From positions 416,001-480,000 of the forward strand of contig OZ251997.1 in the NCBI GenBank assembly GCA_965247095.1: 64,000 nucleotides of DNA. Direction: 5' to 3'. The notes under the pieces are model-generated. The model saw only the letters and a program-made list of their open reading frames with translations, searched no databases and was not told the origin of the DNA. Each line of letters begins with the position of its first letter. Within the stretch, counting starts at the first letter, position 1. This DNA comes from Candidatus Multivorans sp. (GTDB lineage: Bacteria; Acidobacteriota; Thermoanaerobaculia; Multivoradales; Multivoraceae). Position numbers and translations under genes: made by a program. This document shows, in pieces, positions 59,355-64,000 of this stretch.

Positions 59355-60227
59355 TCAGTTTGACTCCGAGTCCCAGAGAACGCCATCGGCGAGCAGGCGG
59401 GAGGTCAGGCGCGCGAGGCCGGCCGCAGCGTTGCTGCCGATCCGCAACACGTCCTCGTGGTCGACGGGGCCTTCCTCGAGGCCGACGCCCATGTTCGTGA
59501 CCAGGGAGAAGCCGAGCACGCGGAGGCCCATGTGACGGGCCGCGATCACTTCCAGCACCGTCGACATGCCGACCAGGTCGACGCCGAGCGCCTGGTAGGC
59601 GCGGATCTCGGCCGGGGTCTCGTACGAAGGCCCGAGCAGGCCGAGGTAGACCCCTTCACCGACGGGAATCCCCGCGTCGCGGCCGAGTTCGGCGAAACGG
59701 CGGCGGAGGGCCGGGTCGTAGGCACAGGCCAAGTCGGGAAACCGGGGCCCCCAGCCTCCCGGCAGGCGGCCGCGGAGCGGGTTCAGCCCGGTGAGGTTCA
59801 CGTGATCGGAAATCGCCGCGATCGATCCCGGCGGCAGATCGCGCCGCAGCGAGCCGGCCGCGTTCGCGACCACGAGCGAACCGGCGCCGAGCAGGGCCGC
59901 GAGACGCACGATGTACACGACCTGCGCCGGCGTGTAGCCCTGGTAGGCGTGGAGCCGGCCGCGGCAATAGAGCACGACCCGTCCGTCCCGCGTTTCCACT
60001 ACTTCGGCGGTGGCGGCGTGGCCTTCGATCGCCTCGACATCGAACGGGAGCAGGTCGCCGAACGGCCACGGGCCGGCGGCAGGCGCGCCCAGATCGAGGC
60101 TGAGACCGGAGCCGGTGACCAGGAGAGCGTCAGGCCGGGGCCACCCCGCGTCGAGCCAACGCTTCCGGCTCTCCTCCAGTTCGGCGGAGAGACCCGTGTC
60201 CGGCCCTGTATCCTTGCGCAGATTCAC
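59355..60227 (-). CDS. Purine-nucleoside phosphorylase (trimeric type)
   Basis: GSGL, GRLH.YQG, NAAG, GPSYETPAE, VGMSTV.E, VTN. Confidence 0.92.
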   Translation of the reverse strand: MNLRKDTGPDTGLSAELEESRKRWLDAGWPRPDALLVTGSGLSLDLGAPAAGPWPFGDLLPFDVEAIEGHAATAEVVETRDGRVVLYCRGRLHAYQGYTPAQVVYIVRLAALLGAGSLVVANAAGSLRRDLPPGSIAAISDHVNLTGLNPLRGRLPGGWGPRFPDLACAYDPALRRRFAELGRDAGIPVGEGVYLGLLGPSYETPAEIRAYQALGVDLVGMSTVLEVIAARHMGLRVLGFSLVTNMGVGLEEGPVDHEDVLRIGSNAAAGLARLTSRLLADGVLWDSESN

Positions 60228-60304
60228 TCCCTTGATCCCCCGTCGCGGAGTGCGGGAGACGATACACGACCGGCCTGTCGTTCGGCGGCGGCGCGAGGTG
60301 ATCC

Positions 60305-60853
60305 ATGACCGAGAACGGAATGCCCCGGGAGCTCATTTCGACTGAGGCTCTGCAACGCCGGGTCGACGAATTGGCGGCCGAGATCGAGCGCGACTACGCC
60401 GACAGCAAGGATCTCCTCTGCGTGGGCGTGCTCAAGGGCTCGGTGTTCTTCCTCACCGATCTGGTGCAGCGACTGTCGCGGCCCCTGGTGGTCGACTTCT
60501 TCCAGACCTCGAGCTACCGGGGCGAGACGACCTCGCACGGCGAAGTGCGGATCCGGCGCGACCTCGACCACTCGTTGGCCGGGCGCGACGTCCTGCTGAT
60601 CGAGGACATCGTCGACACGGGCTACACGATGCGCACGATCATGGCGCTGATGGGTTTCCGCGGCGCCCGCTCGGTTCGCCTCTGCGTATTGCTGGACAAG
60701 GCGTGCAAGCGGAAGACGGCGGTCCAGATCCACTACCGCGGCTTCGAGGTCGACGACGTGTTCGTGGTCGGCTACGGCCTCGACTACAACGACCGCTACC
60801 GCAACCTGCCGTACATCGGCGTGCTGGACGAGGTGGAGGTGGAAGCGGAGTAG
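60305..60853 (+). CDS. hpt: Hypoxanthine phosphoribosyltransferase
   Basis: VLKGS, LLIEDIVDTG.T, LLDK, FVVGYGLDY...YRNLPYI. Confidence 0.96.
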   Translation: MTENGMPRELISTEALQRRVDELAAEIERDYADSKDLLCVGVLKGSVFFLTDLVQRLSRPLVVDFFQTSSYRGETTSHGEVRIRRDLDHSLAGRDVLLIEDIVDTGYTMRTIMALMGFRGARSVRLCVLLDKACKRKTAVQIHYRGFEVDDVFVVGYGLDYNDRYRNLPYIGVLDEVEVEAE

Positions 60854-60874
60854 CTGGTCTGCGGATAGCCTCGC

Positions 60875-62083
60875 GTGGTCGTGGGGTTTGTCTGGCATGT
60901 CGCGCTGAGGTATTTCCGCTCGACTCGCGCTGACGCGCACATCCGCGTTCTGTCCTCGCTGACCGCCGGCGGCCTGGCGGTGGGCACGGCGGCGCTGGTC
61001 CTGGCTTTGGCGGCGCTCTCGGGTTTTCAGAGCCACCTGCTGCGAGACCTTGCGCAACACACCCCGGCGCTGCAGGTGGAACTGGGAAGCGGCGCGGATG
61101 CCGCAGCCGGTGGGGCCGGGTCGACCGTCTCGCTTGTCGACCGGGTGATTGCCGTGGACGGCGTCGTGGCGGCGCAGGAGTTGCTCTACGCCCGCGGCTG
61201 GCTGGCCGACAGGACGGGGGTGTTGGCGGTCGAGGTGGTGGGCTACGAGCAGACGCCGCCGGCCTGGATCCCGGTCGAGAGCGCTGCTGTTCCGGGCCTG
61301 ATCGTGCCGGTCTCGGTTGCTCTGCGGATGGGGCTGGCGGTCGGCGGCACGGCGCGGGTGGTGTCGCCCCGGCCTGGACTGACGCCGGTGGGGCCGCGGC
61401 CGCGTATGCGGACGCTGCCGGTGGCGGCGATCTACGACTCCGGCCGCGCGGAGTACGAGGAACTGCCGGTGCTGCTGCCGCTCGAGCAGGCGGCCGCACT
61501 GTTCGCGGGCGGTGATCGGCGGCTTGATCTGACCCTGGCCCCGGCCGCCGATCCGGAGGACGTGGCCGCCGACCTGCGCCCGGCGATTGGTGCGGGCGAG
61601 GGCACGGTGACCACCTGGCGGCAGGCCAATCGGGCGTTGCTGTTCGTCCTCCGGCTGGAGAAGGGCCTGGTGTTCTCGGCAGTGGCGCTGATCGTCGCGG
61701 TTGCGGCCTTTGCGCTGCTCGCCGCGCTGTCCCTGGTGCTGTCGAGCAAGCGCTCCGAAGTCGGCGTCCTCGCGGCGATGGGGGCGCCGCCGGCCCGGCT
61801 GCAGAGACTCTTCCTGGCGCTCGGCGCGCTGCTCTCGGTGGGCGGCGCCGGTCTCGGCGGCGCGGTGGGCGCGAGCGTGGCCGTGTTTCTGGACCGCTTC
61901 CGGGTCCTTTCGCTCCCGTCTGACGTGTACATCGTCGACTATGTTCCGTTCCTGGTTCGGGGCAGGGACGTGCTCGTCGTGGTGGTGTCCACGATCGTGT
62001 TCACGGGCGCGGCCTCGCTTTTGAGCGCGCGCAAGGCGAGCCGCCTGGATCCGGTCGAGGCGATGCGGAGCGCCCGGACGTGA
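60875..62083 (+). CDS. Lipoprotein-releasing ABC transporter permease (LolC/E-like)
   Basis: ALRYF, AALVL..A..SGF, W...N..L...L.LEK, K..E.GVL.AMGA, P.DVY...Y.P, DPVEAMR. Confidence 0.85.
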   Translation: MVVGFVWHVALRYFRSTRADAHIRVLSSLTAGGLAVGTAALVLALAALSGFQSHLLRDLAQHTPALQVELGSGADAAAGGAGSTVSLVDRVIAVDGVVAAQELLYARGWLADRTGVLAVEVVGYEQTPPAWIPVESAAVPGLIVPVSVALRMGLAVGGTARVVSPRPGLTPVGPRPRMRTLPVAAIYDSGRAEYEELPVLLPLEQAAALFAGGDRRLDLTLAPAADPEDVAADLRPAIGAGEGTVTTWRQANRALLFVLRLEKGLVFSAVALIVAVAAFALLAALSLVLSSKRSEVGVLAAMGAPPARLQRLFLALGALLSVGGAGLGGAVGASVAVFLDRFRVLSLPSDVYIVDYVPFLVRGRDVLVVVVSTIVFTGAASLLSARKASRLDPVEAMRSART

Positions 62084-62748
62084 TCTCCGTCTCCGGAGTC
62101 GCCAAGGCCTACCGCGACGGCGAGGTCCGGCGCGAGGTCCTGCGCGGCGTCGATCTCGAGCTCGGCCCCGGCGACACGGCCGCCATCGTCGGACCTTCGG
62201 GTTCGGGGAAGTCGACGCTGCTGAACGTCCTGGGGGCGCTCGATACCGCCGATGCCGGCACGGTCCGTATCGACGGTGTGGATCTGATGGCGTCCAGGCC
62301 GGCGGCGCTGGCCGGGTTCCGCAACCGCTCCATCGGCTTCGTGTTCCAGTTCCACCAGTTGCTGCCCGACTTCACGGCGATCGAGAACGTGATCATGCCG
62401 GGCCGGATCGCGGGCCGCCCCGCGGCGTCGCTGCAGACTCAGGGGCTGGAGCTGCTCGACCAGGTCGGACTCAGGGACCGCGCCGCCGACTTTCCCCAGC
62501 AGCTCTCCGGCGGCGAGCGGCAGCGGGTGGCGATCTGCCGCGCGCTGGTGCTCGAACCCCCGGTGCTGCTTGCCGATGAACCGACCGGCAACCTGGATGC
62601 GGCCAGCGGAGCGCAGGTGCTGGAGCTGCTGAGCGACCTTCAGCGGCGGCGCGGAACCACCATGGTGCTGGTGACGCACAACCCCGATGTGGCCAGTCGC
62701 TGCGGCAGGGGGCTGCGACTGGACCGGGGGCGGTTGGCGCCGGTTTGA
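62080..62748 (+). CDS. lolD: Lipoprotein-releasing ABC ATPase
   Basis: GPSGSGKST, IGFVFQFHQLLPDF, LSGGERQR, ADEPTGNLD. Confidence 0.88.
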   Translation: MISVSGVAKAYRDGEVRREVLRGVDLELGPGDTAAIVGPSGSGKSTLLNVLGALDTADAGTVRIDGVDLMASRPAALAGFRNRSIGFVFQFHQLLPDFTAIENVIMPGRIAGRPAASLQTQGLELLDQVGLRDRAADFPQQLSGGERQRVAICRALVLEPPVLLADEPTGNLDAASGAQVLELLSDLQRRRGTTMVLVTHNPDVASRCGRGLRLDRGRLAPV

Positions 62749-62829
62749 ATGCTGGAACGCCCGGCGGACCGGCCGCGTCGATAGACTGCGGGCAGAGCCG
62801 GGCGCGCAGCGCCATGAGCAGGTAGTTCC

Positions 62830-64000
62830 GTGTTCGAGAAATACAACGAAAAAGCGCGCCGGGCCCTCTTCTTCGCCCGCTACGAGGCGAGCAAGCTGGG
62901 CAGCCGGGTCATCGAGTCGGAGCACATCCTGCTGGGCATCCTGCGGGAGGGCGAGGATTCGATCACCGAGCTGTTCCAGCGGCTCGAGGTCAAACCGGAG
63001 GACCTCCGCCGCGAGATCGAGGGAGAGCGGGTATTTGTCGAGCGCATCTCATCGACCGCGGAGCTGCCGCTCTCGGAGGTGTCGAAGAAGATCCTCGCGT
63101 TCGCCTCGCACGAGGCCGAGAGCATGGTCCACTCCTCGGTCGGTTCGGAGCATCTGCTGATCGGCGTGCTGCGGGTCGAGGACTGCCTGGCGCAGCGCAT
63201 CCTGGTTCAGCACGGCTTCGAGGTCGCGACGGTGCGCGAAGAGGTCGCGCAGGTGGCGCGGGAGCGCGCCAACCGGCGCGGCAAGCAGGAACTGCCCTAC
63301 CTTGACGAGTTCGGCCGCGACCTGACCGCGCTGGCCCAGCAGGATCAGTTCGACCCGCTCATCGGTCGTGAGGAGGAGGTCGGGCGGATCGTTCAGATCC
63401 TCGCCCGGCGAACGAAGAACAATCCCATCCTGCTCGGCGAGCCGGGGGTCGGCAAGACGGCGATCGTCGAAGGGCTGGCGCAGCGCGTGGTGCAGGGCCG
63501 GGTGCCGAGGTTCCTGGCGGCCAAGCGCATCGTCGCTCTCGACCTGTCGTTGATCGTCGCCGGCACGAAGTACCGGGGCCAGTTCGAGGAGCGCCTCAAG
63601 GGCATCCTCAAGGAGTTGGAGGAAGGCGACGACGTACTCGTCTTCATCGACGAGATTCACGCCCTGGTCGGGGCGGGCTCAGCCGAGGGGTCGCTCGACG
63701 CGGCGAACATCCTCAAACCGGCCCTGTCGAGGGGCGACATCGCCTGCATCGGCGCCACGACGCAGCGGGAGTACCGGCGCTACATCGAGAAGGACCGTTC
63801 CCTGCTGCGGCGTTTCCAGGCGGTCCAGGTCGAGCCGCCGACGGCCGATGAGACGTACGACATCCTGGTGGGGCTCAAGGAGCGTTATCAGGGCTTCCAC
63901 AGGGTGGCCTACGATGACGGCGCTCTGCGGGCCGCGGTCGCCGGGTCGAACCGCTACATCCCCGACCGCTACCAGCCGGACAAGTCGATCGACGTGATCG
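62830..64000 (+). CDS. clpC: ATP-dependent Clp protease ATPase, ClpC/ClpA family (partial, runs off window end)
   Basis: [62 protein letters not shown]. Confidence 0.92.
   Translation, partial: MFEKYNEKARRALFFARYEASKLGSRVIESEHILLGILREGEDSITELFQRLEVKPEDLRREIEGERVFVERISSTAELPLSEVSKKILAFASHEAESMVHSSVGSEHLLIGVLRVEDCLAQRILVQHGFEVATVREEVAQVARERANRRGKQELPYLDEFGRDLTALAQQDQFDPLIGREEEVGRIVQILARRTKNNPILLGEPGVGKTAIVEGLAQRVVQGRVPRFLAAKRIVALDLSLIVAGTKYRGQFEERLKGILKELEEGDDVLVFIDEIHALVGAGSAEGSLDAANILKPALSRGDIACIGATTQREYRRYIEKDRSLLRRFQAVQVEPPTADETYDILVGLKERYQGFHRVAYDDGALRAAVAGSNRYIPDRYQPDKSIDVI

Overview
GC-rich bacterial chromosomal window, probably Acidobacteriota (inferred from the lolC/E-lolD-clpC order, the ClpC N-terminus [21 protein letters not shown] and the secreted-protein families; not verified). 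The housekeeping backbone comprises addB/addA-like genes, hisS, aspS, aroB, ftsY, ribD, ribE, lysS, PNP, hpt, lolC/E, lolD and clpC. Three things stand out. (1) A ~17.5 kb minus-strand transport locus (ABC ATPase, ABC permease fused to an M1-peptidase-like ectodomain, MFP, RND, RND-ABC ATPase fusion) runs into a tandem array of three paralogous ABC-2-type permeases plus a fourth relic. The array is interleaved with two paralogous bacteriocin-like precursors (Sec signal + double-Gly-like leader + Cys-bounded glycine-zipper core). (2) A 69-bp double-hairpin mini-element is inserted in frame in three protein genes in three different reading frames (racemase x3 tandem, addB-like, ribE) and once intergenically; both filled and empty REP-like target sites are visible. 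(3) An IS30-family element is inserted at the GSQY codons of an IS3 transposase and carries a ~180-nt multi-stem, G-U-rich structure. Also present: three VapBC-type TA loci, several pseudogenes and a more AT-rich island with HEPN-like proteins. All family assignments are from motif recognition by eye, not database searches.
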